DNA of 64,000 nucleotides, taken from Octopus vulgaris. Lineage: Eukaryota. Shown here piece by piece: positions 36,419 to 50,352 of the stretch. The stretch is from NCBI GenBank assembly GCA_951406725.2, contig OX597829.1:38998001-39062000 (forward strand), in the 5' to 3' direction. How positions within the stretch are numbered: the stretch's first letter is position 1; every line of letters begins with the position of its first letter. The translations under genes were made by a program, and so were the position numbers. The notes under the pieces were generated by a model. That model made no database searches and was not told the origin of the DNA. It saw only the letters and a program-made list of their open reading frames with translations.

Positions 36419-37539
36419 CTAAATGAGAAAAAAAAAACCCAAATAAAGTGTGTTAAATTATAAGGCACAAAAAGAAAATGACTCTCCCCAGACATAACAG
36501 AATATGCTTCAACACACGAACTCATATAAAGAATCTTGCAAACCAAATTCAAAAACGAAAAATAAATTTTAGTTTCTTCATTAATTATGAAAAATTTTGA
36601 AAAGAAAGAGGGGACTAAATTCATAGTTTTTGGCAGCTTCTATATTGAAAAAGATTTATGTAATGTTATATTAATACGCAATGTAGTGTGTGTGTGTGTG
36701 TGTATAAGCATGTGCACTGATTTAATAAGCTGTCAGGTGAAACTAAATCCCAAACCATAAATAATTTTCAAGAGTGATTTTCATGTCACTTCATTTTGCT
36801 CTGCCCACTGCATTCACTTGTGTGGTGACCCCACTGATCTGAGTCACTTTGCAAGAGTAATAACATCATCATCATTTAACGTCCGCTTTCCATGCTAGCA
36901 TGGGTTGGACGATTTTGACTGAGGGCTGGTGAACCAGATGGCTGCACCAGGCTCCAATCTTGATCTGGCAGAGTTTCTACAGCTTGATGCCTTTCCTAAC
37001 GCCAACCACTCCATGAGTGTAGTGGGTGCTTTTTACGTGCCACCGGTACGTGGCCAGTCATGCGGTACTGGCAATGACCTCCCTCGAATCCGTTTACATG
37101 AGCCACCGGCACAGGTGCCAGTAAAGCGATGTTGGTAACGATCACGCTCGAATGGTGCCCTTTTACGTGCCACAGGTACGGAAGCCATAGAGAAATCTGG
37201 TTTTTATGTTATATGATAATGGGTTAATGTAAAAGAGATGAGGCTAGAACAGAACATGTTTCTTTCTGCAGAGAGGCCCTATGACAGAGTGGGGAAGAGA
37301 AAAAAATGCTGGTGATGAGGTACAACTGGATGGGTACCCATGGAAGGGAGTGGAGTGGAAGTAAATGGAGGCAGAACTGAGAGTGAGATATGAGAAATTA
37401 GTGAAACAGGTGTGAATATGAATGAAAAACGAGTGTTGAATGATAAGTAGGGGAGAGTAGGTGATATTTGTTGAAGCTGTCTACTTTTCCCAACTTTTCA
37501 TAAATTATTTAGAAAAATACATTATTCAAGAAATTATAA

Positions 37540-38355
37540 TTTGATCAGTTAAAATAAATATACAGGTGTTGAAGCAAAACCTGGAACTGAAGGGTCTTAA
37601 GGTTAATATAGCAAAGACTAAGCTTCTAGTAAGTAAGAAAACTGACTGGACCCTACCCCACTCAAGTAGGTGACCCTGTTTAATTTGTAGGAAAGGTGTA
37701 GACAGGAACTCCTTATAGTGTACCCAGTGTAAGCTATGAACACACAAGAAGTGCAGTGGGTTAATTAGAAGGCTATCAGAGGAGACAGTTTTCATATGTG
37801 AAAGTTGCACAAGATGTATAAAAAAACTTTAGAGACTTGGGAAATTGATTCTCTCAAATGCCCTGGTGGTTCATTAAAAGGTAGCAGATCATTTCTGCGA
37901 CTTAGGGAACCAAATTAGTAGTGGGGAGGGTGCACAGAGAGTGTGAAAACAAGAATAAGAATAGGATGAAGGAAATTCAGAGAGCTTTTACCTCTGTTGG
38001 CTTCAATAGGTTTCTCTCTCTGAGTGAAAGGAAGACTGTATAATGCATGTATACGGACAGCAATTCTACATGGTAGTGAGACATGGTCCCTGAATGCAGA
38101 GGACATGTAAAGGTTAGAATGAAATGAAGCTAGTATGCTTTGCTGGATGTGTAATGTAAGTGTACATGTACGACAGAGTGCTAGTGTTCTGAGTTAGAAG
38201 TTAGGGATAAGAGGAATTGTTTGCTGCATGCAAGAGAGAAAAGACTGTACTGGTTTGGTCATGTGATGCGGATGGATGCTGACAGCTTCATAAAGAAGTG
38301 CCGATCTCTCAAATTAGATGGAGCACATAGAAGTAGAAGACCCACGAAGACAACA
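37540..38355 (+). mobile_element. Decayed RTE-clade LINE fragment
   Basis: GLKVNIAKTK, PCLICRKGVDRNS, RIRIG*RKFRELLPLL, LHGSETW and RLYWFGHVMRM. Confidence 0.8.
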
Positions 38356-38359
38356 AATA

Positions 38360-38835
38360 ATGTAATAATAATGAAATTATTGTATACAGTGTTCAGGAAC
38401 ACCACAACTTGTCAAAAGTGCGTATAAAGCATATGCAGTAATGTACAAATGTCTGGAAAGTGAACAGTGTATGAGTCAGATACATGCTTGCGTGTGTATG
38501 GAGGGGAGAAAATCAGGTGTAGTGTTGACGAATCTCAGGAAGCATAGAAGTTTTGAAGGATGCAGTGCTCCGACAACTAACAACTGATGCCGGCAGTCTG
38601 TTCCATGCTTCAGTAACTCTTAGCGTGAAAAAATGTTTCCAAAAGTCATGGGAGCTGTGCTGTTTTCTGACTTTGTAAACATGTCCACGGGTGTTAGACA
38701 TGTGGAGTTTGAAAAGGTGCTCAGAGTTATTGTTTGTAAGATGGTTAATAATTTTATAGGTGTCTGCCAAGTCAGCTGCCAGACGTCGGAGTTTCAATGT
38801 ATCCATGCCCAGGGAAGTAAGGCGTTCAGAATATG
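38360..38835 (-). mobile_element. CR1-like LINE 3' end; other copies at 40228-40585 (-) and 44475-44840 (+)
   Basis: PYSERL...LKLRRLAADL...TRGHVYKVRKQHSSHDF.KHFFTLRV.EAWNRLP, followed by a 3' UTR and (ATT)n tail. Confidence 0.85.
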
Positions 38836-39827
38836 GCAAAAAAAAGTACTAAAGAACAACCTCAGGACGCTGAACCTTCAGGTGAGATGACAAAGGACAG
38901 AGATGCCTGGCGCTTATTGTCCTAAAGAAGACCTGTACACCGCAGCAGAAGGGTTAAGATCAATTCCTCTGGTGGTGTAAAGCACTCATAGTGATGTCAC
39001 ATAAAAGTGCCGGGCACATACTGTAAAGTGGTTGGCGTTAGGAAGGGCATCCAGCCATAGAAACCATGCCAAATCAGACTGGAGTCTGGTGCAGCTCCCT
39101 CACCTGCCATCTGTCATCAAACCATCCAGCACACGCCAGCAGCATGGACAATGGACATTAAATGATGATGATGCAATACAATTAAATTTGATGGTGGCCA
39201 AAAGATCCAACGAGATAAGTTTTAAAACCAGAAACAAAAATAAAATATGTACCAAAAATAAAAAAAATAAAAATTGATAAACTAAATTATCAGAATCCAT
39301 ACAATATCACACTAAGTGTCTTGCTGCATTTAGTTACATTCCTTTACAGTTTGAGTTCAAATTACGCGAATATTCATTTTATCTTTTAGCCCTTCATGAC
39401 TAATAAATAAAATGAAATAAAATAAAATTAAAAAAAAAAAAAACAAATGAAATAATAGGAACAATTTGATATTTAAATAAGGTAATCTAGATATGAATGA
39501 AATATTAATAGCAGACACAGCTTAGCAGTCTTTAAGACTGGTGATATTGATGCTAACGCTCTCAGTGCATTTCTCTTCACTTTTGTTTTAAACGTGAAAC
39601 AAAAATAGGTTACTGTGACATATTTTTCAATTTAATATTTATATTTGCAATAAACGGTGAAAAAAAGGTCACTGTTTATTTAAATACTAAAAATAATTGT
39701 TAAAGCAATTAAACAAATAATATTTTAAGATAGTTGCTTATTAACAAACAATGCAATACTCTTAGACACAATCTCAACACAATTTATATAATGATGATAC
39801 ATGCGTGTGTGTATATATATGTGTGTG

Positions 39828-39871
<44 letters not shown>

Positions 39872-41861
39872 GGCAGAAATCGTTATGAATCAAAATCTTG
39901 AAATTATGAGGCAAGACACCTTTTATCTTTATTTAACAAGCTTGTTTCAGTTTCCATCTACCAAATTCATTTACAAGGCTTTGGTCGGCCCGAGGCTATA
40001 GTAGAAGACACTTGCTCAAGGTGCCACACAGTGGGACTGAACCCAGAACCATTAAACTAATTAAATAGTATTTTAAGACACATCACCGACAATAAGTGAC
40101 CTGTACACAATGACAAAATTTATAATAGCATAACGTACATATTAAAAAAAAAAATAAGTCGAGAAAAAATACACTCCTTTAGATACCAAAATTGTAATTA
40201 ATGTAATTAAGCAAATATTTTAAGAAATAATAATGATGAAATTATTGTATACAGTGCTTAGGTGCACCACAACTTGTCAAAAAGTGCGTATAAAGTATAT
40301 GCAGTAATGTACAAATGTCTGGAAAGCGAACAGTGTTTGAGTCAGATACATGCTTGCGTGTGTATGGAGGGGAGAAAATCAGGTGTAGTGTTGGTGAATC
40401 TCAGGAAGCATGGAAGTTTTGAAGGATGCAGTGCTCTGACAACTAACAACTGATGTCCGCAGTTTGTTCCATGCTTCAGCAACTCTTAGCGTGAAAAAAT
40501 GTTTCCGAAAGTCATGGGAGCTGTGCTGTTTTCTGACTTTGTAAACATGTCCACGGGTGTTAGACAGGTGGAGTTTGAAAAGGTGAATACCTGACTTGTA
40601 TATATTTACAAGACAATCATATATAATGATCACAATGTAAGTATTTCTATGTATGTAACCAGCTCTTAAAACAATCTTTTGGACCAATCTAATAAAGAAA
40701 ATGAAACCTTGAATAAAAAATTTCAATTTTAACATTTTAATAACAATGTTTGTTTTTACATTTTGAATGCTGTCTATTCAAAACTGATAAGTCACGCTTT
40801 AAAACTACAGAAAAGTACAATGCAAGGAAGTGCATTGTGAGCAGTGGTGCATAACATTCGATACTCTGGTTGACTATCAGATGTTAGACAGTGATATCCA
40901 TGCATTACATAAATACATACAATCTATGCATCCATCCTGCCACACACACACAATGTGCCAGTGGCATGTAAAAGACACCATTTGAGCGGGATTGTTACTG
41001 GCATCGCCTTACTGGCACCTGTGCCGGTGGCATGTGTAAAAGATTCAAGCAAGGTTGTTGCCAGTGCCTCCTGACTGGCCCCCATGCCGGTGGCATGTAA
41101 AAAGCACCCACTACACTCTCGGAGTGGTTGGCATTAGGAAGGGCATCCAGCTGTAGAAACTCTGCCAGATCAAGATTGAAGCCTGGTGCGGCCATCTGGT
41201 TCGCCAGCCCTCAATCAAAATCGTCCAACCCATGCTAGCATGGAGAGCGGACATTAAACGATGATGATGAATGTGTGTTATACTGCCTAAACAACCATTC
41301 TCTTCCATTATTTCACACTAAAAGATTCATAGTGGTTTAACGTCCATTTCCCATGCCGTCATGGGTTGGACAGTTTTGAGAGGATCTGGCCAGCTGGAGA
41401 GCTGCACCAGGCTCCAACTGTGTTTTGGCAGGGTATCTATGACAGGATGCTCTTCCTAATGCAAACCACTTTACAAAGCACATTGGGTGCTTTTTATGTG
41501 CCATTGGCATGGGTGCATTCACATGGCAGCAACGTAGATGCATTTTATGTGGTACCAGCAGGTTTGCTTAATGTCAGCTGCACAAAACCTTACAGTATGA
41601 GGAAATTATCCAATTAATCAAAACGTGTGTGTGTGAGTGAGTGAGAGAGGGGGGGGAGAGAGAGAGAGGGGGGGAGAGAGTGCGATGCTGAATTTTGTTG
41701 CTTTACATTAAATACAACTTAGCCATTTGCTAAATAGATACTGATAAAATAAAAATAAAGGGAGCAATGTAATCAATTAAAATCTCTTGAAAGGGTGGTA
41801 CCCCATTATGACTGCAGTCTGATGATTGGTGCCGTTAATGGAATGAAAGAGTAACACTCAC

Positions 41862-42005
41862 ATGTCCAATTCGAACGTTCTTTTTCCGTTTGGTCACTTT
41901 ATCGTGTTTGTCTATTTTGTCTGGTTCCCTGCACCATAAACAAATATTTAAAAACCGGTGTTCTTCTTCCACATCAAATTCAAACATTTCATTCCAACAA
42001 GGATT
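41862..42005 (-). CDS. PDZD8: PDZD8 exon 6/12: C2 domain (NPCWNEMFEFDVEEEHRFLNICLWCREPDKIDKHDKVTKRKKNVRIGH)
   Basis: Long poly-T tract plus tatag| acceptor, |gtgagt donor; 144 nt. Has the C2 motif NPxWNExFxF and HRFLNICLWCR, similar to recalled PDZD8 HRYLNIALWCR. Confidence 0.92.
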
Positions 42006-42670
42006 CTATAAAAAGGAAAAAAAAAAAAAAAAAAGAAAGAAAGAAAAAATATAAACAAGGAATAAAATTACAACAGCAACATCATCCATAATATCATTTT
42101 AAAACATTATGTTTATAGAGCTGAAGGTATTTGTCAGGTGTTTTTATATCAAAAGGGTTTAAATCTCAAAGGTATTTTTCAATGAAAAGACAACAATGGA
42201 TTCTTTTCCATAGCATAATTCTATTATTCTATCATTGGTTTCAGTCAAAGGCTCTGGTCATGCTGGGGCACCAATGATGTATTTACAGCACATATCAAAG
42301 AAACAATCTGGTACCTTGCTCTATCTAGTCTGGTACATGACTGACAAAACTAGATCTGGACCCCTGCATCAGTTAAAGATCTGTCTATTGGTAAATAACT
42401 TCTTTTTATTTTTCACCAGGCAGCAAATTTTTAAAGAGTAAACAATATCAAAAATCCAGAGTGGAAACCCTACAAGAGTCTGGCGTTTAATTTGATGTTC
42501 TAGCAATCCTTTCAGCCAAACTGGTGCCAAGTTACCATTTCATATCAGTGAGGTCAAAAAGGGCTTGCATCATGGTGAAGTTACTTCAATGCCATTGTAG
42601 GAAATGTGCTTACCCCTTCTCATGCTGGCTGCAGCTCAAATCATGGTTGACCAATGGTATGAAACTTCAT

Positions 42671-42902
42671 AAGGCGAGCTGGCAGAAATGTTAGCACGCT
42701 GGGCGAAATGCTTAGCGGTATTTCGACTGCCATTACGTTCTGAGTTCAAATTCCACCGAAGTTGACTTTGCCTTTCATCCTTTCGGGGGTCGATAAATTA
42801 AGAACCAGTTATGCACTGGAGGTCGATGTAATCAACTTAATCCATTTGTCTGTCCTTGTTTGTCCCCTCTGTGTTTAGCCCCTTGTGGGCAGTAAAGAAA
42901 TA
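42671..42902 (+). mobile_element. tRNA-derived SINE family A, full length, with 15-bp TSD
   Basis: TSD ggtatgaaacttcat at 42656-42670 and 42903-42917; A box TGGCAGAAATG and B box GAGTTCAAATTCC. Other copies at about 1404-1625(-), 12724-12806(+), 12807-13088(-), 16291-16517(-), 20815-21045(+), 32814-33220(-, partial tandem dimer), 45355-45438(-), 45512-45735(+) and 59503-59725(-), plus older decayed relatives. Confidence 0.9.
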
Positions 42903-45462
42903 GGTATGAAACTTCATTGTCACTCAAGACAGAAGGATGCCAAGTTAAGGTGTTAACTTACTGATATTCAGACTGCACATCAACCATATCGATTTCACTC
43001 ATCTTGAAGGGTTTATGAGGGTCATGAGACCAGTCCCTACCTTCTGAATAAAATATGAAAAAATGTACAGGCATGGCTATGTGGTAAGAATTCCCAATTA
43101 TATGGTTCTGTGTTCAAGTTCATTACATGGCACCCTGGTCAAGTGTCTTCCACTATAGCCTCAGACTGACCAAAGCCTTCTGAGTGGAGTTGGTAGATGG
43201 AATCTGAAAGAAGCCCATCATGTGTGTGAGTGTGTGTCTTTGTCTCCTCCATTTCTTGACAACCAGTGTTGGTGTGTTTACGGTCCCTTAACTCAACAGT
43301 TTGGCAAAGAGATCGATAAAATAAGTACTAGGCTTAAAAATAAGTTCTGGGGTTGAATTGTTCAACAAAAACACTTCAAGGCAGTACTCCAGCATGGAAT
43401 ATATATATAGTTTTGAATTTCTGAGCCAAAAATATGTAATAACAATACTGTACAGTAAAGTCTATTTGCCAATGCAACATGGCAGTCCCACATAGGACAA
43501 CATTACTACCTTTTAGCCCCAGGAAAACATGATCATGTGTCAGAAGCCAGCTAGAAAAGATGTTTTCCTGAGGCTAAAAGATAGTAACATGTGTATATAT
43601 ATATATATAATTCATATTTTATATATTTATACTGTGAAATTTTATTTAATACTAAATCTAATTTTTCCCAGTAAGTTTGTAGCCATACTCCCTAAGCACC
43701 ATCCATCCGTTGCCGTCTGCCAGCTCCGTCTGGCCCCTGTGCGGGTGGCCCGTAAAAAGCACCCACTACAGTCACGGAGTGGTTGGCGTTAGGAAGGGCA
43801 TCCAGCCGTAGAAACACTGCCAGATCAGACTGGGCCTGAAGCAACCTTCTGGCTTCAGACCCCAGTTGAACCGTCCAACCCATGCTAGCATGGAAAGCGG
43901 ACGTTAAATGATGATGATGATGATGATATATATGTGTGTGTGTGTGTGTGTGTGTAATGTTCCCCCATAAAAAGCTCTATATAGGTGCATGGGAGGTATA
44001 AACAAATGTCACTACCATACAAGCAGTACATTCATTTACAATCTTCCATGAAAACTTGTCTGCACATTGAAAATATCTTGCTTGGAAATAGATGAAGGTT
44101 GGTGAAAGGAAGGCCACTCAGCTGTACAAAATCTGCCTCAACAAATTCTGTCTGGCCCATGCAAATATGGAAGAGTAGACATTAAAACGATGATTATGTG
44201 GATTAATAATGGAACAGTGTTCAACATATAGCCATACTTATTTGGGGGACATAAGTGAAATGGCTTTAATGCTAAGACAAGATATCAATTACATCATATC
44301 AAAATTATAAATCATTAAAAGAAAGGAAATAGCACTTCATCTATCCAGCTCTAAGTCTGATTTAGAAACATCTGTAGATAAATGTTTCTAATTTAGATAT
44401 ATGGTCAACAATTCTGAAAGAAGTTAATTGGTACCATTGTTTTTACGTATTTGATTAATATATTATTTTATCAACCCTGGGCATGGATTCACTGAAGCTC
44501 CGGCATCTGGCGACGGACTTGGTAAATACCCACAAAGTTATCAACCACCTCACCAACACTGAACACCTTTTTGATCTCCATGTGTCTAACACATGTGGAC
44601 ATGCCTACAAAGTCAGAAAACAACACAGCTCCCATGACTTTCGGAAACATTTTTTCACGCTCAGAGTTGCTGAAGCATGGAATAAACTGCCTGCGTCAGT
44701 TGTTGACTGCCATGACACTGCATCCTTTAAGGCCCTCATGCTTTCCGAAATCTGCCGAAATTACACCTGATTATATATACACTTTAGATGAGTTGTAGTG
44801 CACCTAAGCACTGTACACAATTATTATTATTATTATTATTAAAAGGCAAAATTGACATTGATAGAAAGTGAACTTTGAATGCAAAATGTTTTCATTTGAT
44901 ATTTCGCAATGATACTGCCAGTCCAGTAATAAATTCTAACATTGGCATGAGATTATGAATTTAAAGAAAGGAATCAAGGAAATTAATATATCTTTGTACA
45001 TGTGGTAATCATTTCATTGACACAAAAAGGATAGAAGACCAAACTGATTACAGTAGATAGAGATCAGCATGTAAAGGGACATTACTGCGTACAACAAGAA
45101 ATTTTGTTCATTATCTTAGATATTCTGTCAGATTAGCATCTTATTAGGTAATAGCTTGAAGCATTTGTAATAATCATTTATTTTAGCACAATGCAAGGGG
45201 TGGAGAAAATCAATTACATCAACCCTAGTGTTCAACTGGTACTTATTTCACCAACCCTGAACGGATGAAAGATAAAGTCAACCTTGACAGCATTTGAAAT
45301 CAGAATGTAAAGATGGACGAAACGCCACTTATTTTGTCTGGTATTCTGACAATTATTTCTTTATTGCCCACAAGGGGCTAAACAGAGGGGACAAACAAGA
45401 ACAGACAAAGGGATTAAATCGATTACATCGACCCCAGCGCATTTATATATATATATATATAC

Positions 45463-45514
<52 letters not shown>

Positions 45515-46224
45515 GCGAGCTGGCAGAAACGTTAGCACGCCAGGCTAAATGCTCAGCGGTGTTTCGTCTGCCGTTACATTCTGAGTTCAAATTCCGCCGA
45601 GGTTGACATTGCCTTTCATCCTTTCGGGGTCAATAAATTGAGTACCATTTATGCACTGGGGTCAATGTAATCGACTTAATCCCTTTGTCTGTCCTTGTTT
45701 GTCCCCTCTATGTTTAGCCCCTTGTGGGCAGTAAAAAAAAAAAAAAAATATATATATATATGTAAGGATAAGTATATTAAAAGGGGTCCGTGGGACAACT
45801 AATTTAAATAAAAGTGTTGGGAACCACTAAACTAGACCGCCCCTTTGATGTCGCTGACATTTGGGCTAAAATTTGAAAAATTTTGATAAAGTAATTTGGT
45901 ACAATTGTTATTGCTCACTGCAAGGGAGATAACTACAGCAGCGATGGGAAAGGGTTAGGGCAAAATAGATGAAATTATCAAAACAATATTGTAACCATAA
46001 CAAATATTGTTTTTCCTTCCTCTTTCCTAGCCATGAGCCACAAATGCCATTAAAAAAAGTCACAAGTGATGTGTTATTCATAATGATTAAGACATTAAAA
46101 ATATATAAATTTAATATTATCACTACATTAAATGTTAACACTAAGCTAGTGTTTTTATTAAATTCTGCTGAGGTCAACTCTGCCTTGCATCATTTCGGGG
46201 TCTATAAAATAAGCACCAGTTGAG

Positions 46225-46588
46225 GGATCTTTTTGGTTTGAACGGCAGTTTTTTCTAGCAGTGTCATATATTTCAATCTGTTTTAGAGTAAGGGTTAGGG
46301 GTGGGGGGAAGGGTATCTTTTTTTCTTCACAAATGTAAATAAACCCAATCTGTTTCTTAAACAAGGGACATATTCATACGGCACAGAATGTTTTCACCTC
46401 AATGGACGTCATTGATAGGTTGAAATTGAAGAAAAATACAACAAATATCTTACAAACTATAGAATTTTCTCAATAAAGCCAAGAGAAAAAGATGTTTTAT
46501 AAACACATTCTACCAGTATACGAAGTTTAAAAGTGTTTAGTTACGTGGAAATTATTTTTAAAAACTGCCGTTCAAGCCGAAAAGATCC
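46225..46588. mobile_element. MITE with TIRs of about 28 bp, superfamily unassigned
   Basis: ggatctttttggtttgaacggcagtttt ... aaaactgccgttcaagccgaaaagatcc. Confidence 0.75.
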
Positions 46589-46714
46589 GGATTTTTTAAA
46601 TATCCCTTATTTTGAAAACTATCATTCAATGATATTTCAAAAATTTATAATTAGCATATTGACGGTTTATGACACTTTATTTTAACAAGAAAAAAAATAT
46701 ATATATAATTCACA

Positions 46715-48190
46715 ATATGGGGAGATAAGCAGGGAAAGGTAAATATCAAAAGAGGGATCTTTGAAGGGGACAGTTTGTCGCGCCTACTATTTGTTGTGTG
46801 CATACTGCCACTAACCAGCATTTTAAGAAAGATATGTGTGGGGTACATGCTAGGCAGGGTGAAAGTAAACAATCTGTGGTTTATGGATGACTTGAAGCTA
46901 AGACTGAAAAAGAAAATGAGAGTTTGACGGCAACTGTGCAGACAATTAGCAAAGATATTGGCATGGAATTTGGGATCGAGAAATGTGGTGTAATGATTCT
47001 TAAAGGGAGGGGGGGAATCAGTAAAAACCATGCGATCAACCTGGAAAGTTGTGAAACTATATAGGAAATCAGAGAGAAAGGATATAAGTACCCGGGTATA
47101 ATTGAAAGAGAAAGAGGAATGAACACAAGATGAAAGAAATGTAGAGGAAAGAGTATTTGAGGAGAACTTGGCTTGTGCTCGATTCGAAGCTAAATGTTCA
47201 TTATAAGATTAGAGCAATTAACACATGGGCTGTTGGCTTGATGAGATATGGGGCAGGAATAGTATCTTGGAAGAAGAATGAATTACAAGAGGTAGACCAG
47301 AGAACACGTAAATTAATGACAATGAACAAGGAACTGCACACCAATTGTGATGTGTCAAGATTGTATGTAAAGAGGAAAGAAGGAGGACAGGGATTGGTGG
47401 GTTGTGAAGGTTGTGTAAGGGAAGAGGACAATTAGCCTGGCTCGGTATGTCAAGGGGAGTAAAGAAGAAATGATTGAAGCAGTGAAAATGTAGGGAACCT
47501 TAAAAGTGAACGAAGTCGTAGATCCAACCAGAGAGCAGATGAAGGAAATTTAGAAGGACAAGAAAATGCATAGTCAATTCTTGAAGAATAAAGATGAGAT
47601 TTATTGGAATAGAATCTGGCAATGACTGCAGAAAAGAGACTTAAAAGGGCCTACTGAGGCATTAGTGTGCAGCGCTCAGTATGAGCACAAGCCAGAGGGA
47701 GTAATGGAAAACGAACATTACAAAATACTCTGAGATTTTAACATACAGTGCAACCAAGTCATAGAGGCGAAACGACCAGATATCGTGATCATCCATAAAG
47801 ATGAAAAAGAAGCAAAGATAATAGATGTTGCAACACCAGGCGATTTGAGGGTGAAATGTAAGGAAACAGAAAAGAGTTAGAAATACCAGCCACTGTGGGA
47901 TGAGATAGGAAAGCTACAGGGCATGAGGAAAATAATGGTGATACCGGTGGTAATTGGATCATTAGGAACAGTTTCCAAGGGCTTTGAAAAACATATTAAG
48001 AATATTGGAGCTGCTGTCAGGCTCAAAGTGATCTAGAAGACGGCATTGCTGGGTACAGCTCACATTTTAAGAAGTGTATTGTCTCTGAGTCACAGGAGAA
48101 GGCACTACTTGAAACCTTTGGTGATTTATTATTGCCTGCTTTCAAGTAAAAAACAATTAGAAATTTAGAACTATCCGAGAGTCTCTCAGA
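46715..48190 (+). mobile_element. Decayed non-LTR retrotransposon with RT and a C-terminal restriction-like endonuclease (R4/Dong/NeSL-like)
   Basis: Fragments GIFEGDSLS, FMDDLKL, AINTWAVGLMRYGAG, KRPDIVII, IDVATPGD, VIPVVIGSLG and KTALLGTAHILR, with stops and frameshifts. Confidence 0.88.
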
Positions 48191-49289
48191 ATGATAATAA
48201 TCCTTTCTTCTATAGGCACAAGGCCTGAAATTTTTGTTGGGTGGGAGGGGCAGTCGATTATATCAACCCCAGTGCGTAATTAGTATTTAGTTCATCGACC
48301 CCCAAAAGGATGAAAGGCAAAGTCAACCTCAGCAGAATCTGAACTCAGAATGTGAAGACAGACAATGCACTACAAACTTTTTCCCTGAATATGTGCTGCT
48401 GAAATTTGTGTGTGCCAAATAGGCACTTGTGTCTTTTACCATCAAATAGGGTACGTAATAGCCCTAACAGTATATACAATTCAGTGGTTCTCAACTGGCT
48501 GCATATGGCCCTTGGGCTATAAGATTTTGTTAGAATTTAACTGCAATAAATTTCTACAATATACAAAATATTAAAATTTTTAATACAATTCCTAATAATA
48601 TCTAATTATAAAAAATATGATTTTTTAAAACATCGAATGGTTATCAGGGTCAAACTGAATAAAATAGGAATCAAAGGGGTTCATAGTTTAAAAAATGGTT
48701 GAGAAACAGCGGGATAATTATGATCAGTTTAAACTATTAAGAGAGTTATCTCCCCTAACTGCGCAATGCCAGAAACACTGGCATTCGAAATGTGAAGTAG
48801 AAAACTTAAGGGTCCAGAGGACGGACAGAGAGAGAGAGGGTGAGGGCATAAATACACCTTATGCTTTTCAAAAGTATTTAAGATTTTTTTAATTTTGTGC
48901 GAGATTTAGGAGGTAAAATTACTCGTCAAAACGTTGTTTTTGGTATTCCAAGTAATGTTTTAGCAGTAATCTACACTAGGCACAAGGTTTGAAATTTTGG
49001 GGAAATTGGACTAGTTGATTCTATCTACCTCAGTATTCAGCTGGTACTTATTTTATATCAACCCCAGAAAGGATGAAAGGCGAAGTCAACATTGGTGGAA
49101 TTTGAACTTGGAACCTAAAGATGGATAAAATGCTGCAAATCATTTTGTCAAGTTCCCTGACGATTACACCAGCTCACTGCCTTACACATACAATAAAAAA
49201 TAATAATAGCGAATCTTGTCAATTTTAGAATAGGGGTAGCAATTATAGGAAAGGGAAAAGCTAATTACATCATTCAAAATCAAATTCAA

Positions 49290-49820
49290 TGACTGGCGTC
49301 TGTGCTAGCAGGATGCAAAGAGCACCATACGAGCGTGATCATTGACAGAGCGGCTAACTGGATTCCATGCCAGTGGCACTTAAAGGGCACCATTCGAGCA
49401 TGATCGTTACCAGTGTCGCCTTACTGGCACTTGTAACATGCTAGTAGGGTGCCAAGAGCACCATCTGAGTGTGATCATTGCCAGAGCAGCCAACTGGCTT
49501 TCGTGCCAGTGGCACGTAAAAGGGCACCATTAGAGCGTGATCATTACCAACGTCGCCTTACTGGCACCTGTGCTGGTGGCATGTGTAAAATGATTCAAGC
49601 GAGGTCGTTGCCAGTACCGCCTGACTAGCCCCCATGCCGGTGGAACGTAAAAAGCACCCACTACACTCTCGGAGTGGTTGGCGTTAGGAAGGGCATCCAA
49701 CTGTAGAAACTCTGCCAGATCAAGATTGAAGCCTGGTGCAGCCATCTGGTTCGCCAGCCCTCAGTCAAAATCGTCCAACCCATGCTAGCATGGAAAGTGG
49801 ACGTTAAACGATGATGATGA
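49290..49820 (+). mobile_element. Retroposon family C: variable 5' tandem units of about 55-65 bp, a conserved body and a (GAT)n tail
   Basis: Body ...ggagtggttggcgttaggaagggcatcc...catgctagcatggaaagcggacgttaaa(cga/tga)n. Copies at about 15030-15296(+), 18873-19237(-), 23200-23462(+), 27925-28326(+), 36864-37186(-), 40955-41269(+), 43696-43927(+), 53232-53567(+) and 63742-64000(-). Confidence 0.85.
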
Positions 49821-49993
49821 TCAACCTCAGTACTGAACTAGTCCTGAACAGATGAAAGAGAAAGTCGATACAAACAGAATTTAATCTCAGAATGTAATGA
49901 AATGGAAAAAATACTGCAAAAAATTTTTCTTCTAACACTAAAGGTTCTGCCAGTTTGATACTTTAATAGAAACAACAATAATAATAATAATAA

Positions 49994-50352
49994 AAACAAG
50001 AGCACTCAGAGAGCACACTCTCAACGATTAGCCAAAGGTGATTTTTAAAATAAGAATATCTGAAATAAACTTGACTGCTCTCACAAATGAGTGTACTAAA
50101 AATTAATCTCACCACTCTCTAAAGTTAAGTAAAAAAAAAAAACAAAAAAAACAGGAAAAATAACCCAGAATCCTTGTCCAGTACCGGATTGATCCCAAAA
50201 TCTAATCAGTCCGTGCCAATCATGAGGCCAAACATCGCTGAAAGTTTCATCCGAATTCATCCAGCAGTTCTTGAGATTTTCTCCAGGGACAAACAAACAA
50301 ACAAACATGACTGAAAACAATACCTCTGCTTTCGCTAAGGCGGAGGTAACAA
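49994..50352. mobile_element. Probable Helentron-associated or other non-autonomous element
   Basis: aaacaagagc start, (ACAA)n near the end, terminal hairpin tacctctgctttcgctaaggcggaggta. Confidence 0.45.

Noticed and set aside
42608-42670. Possible exon ending at a minus-strand gtaagc donor
   Set aside because: No good acceptor, interrupted by a SINE with TSD, and exons 5 and 6 already join in frame.
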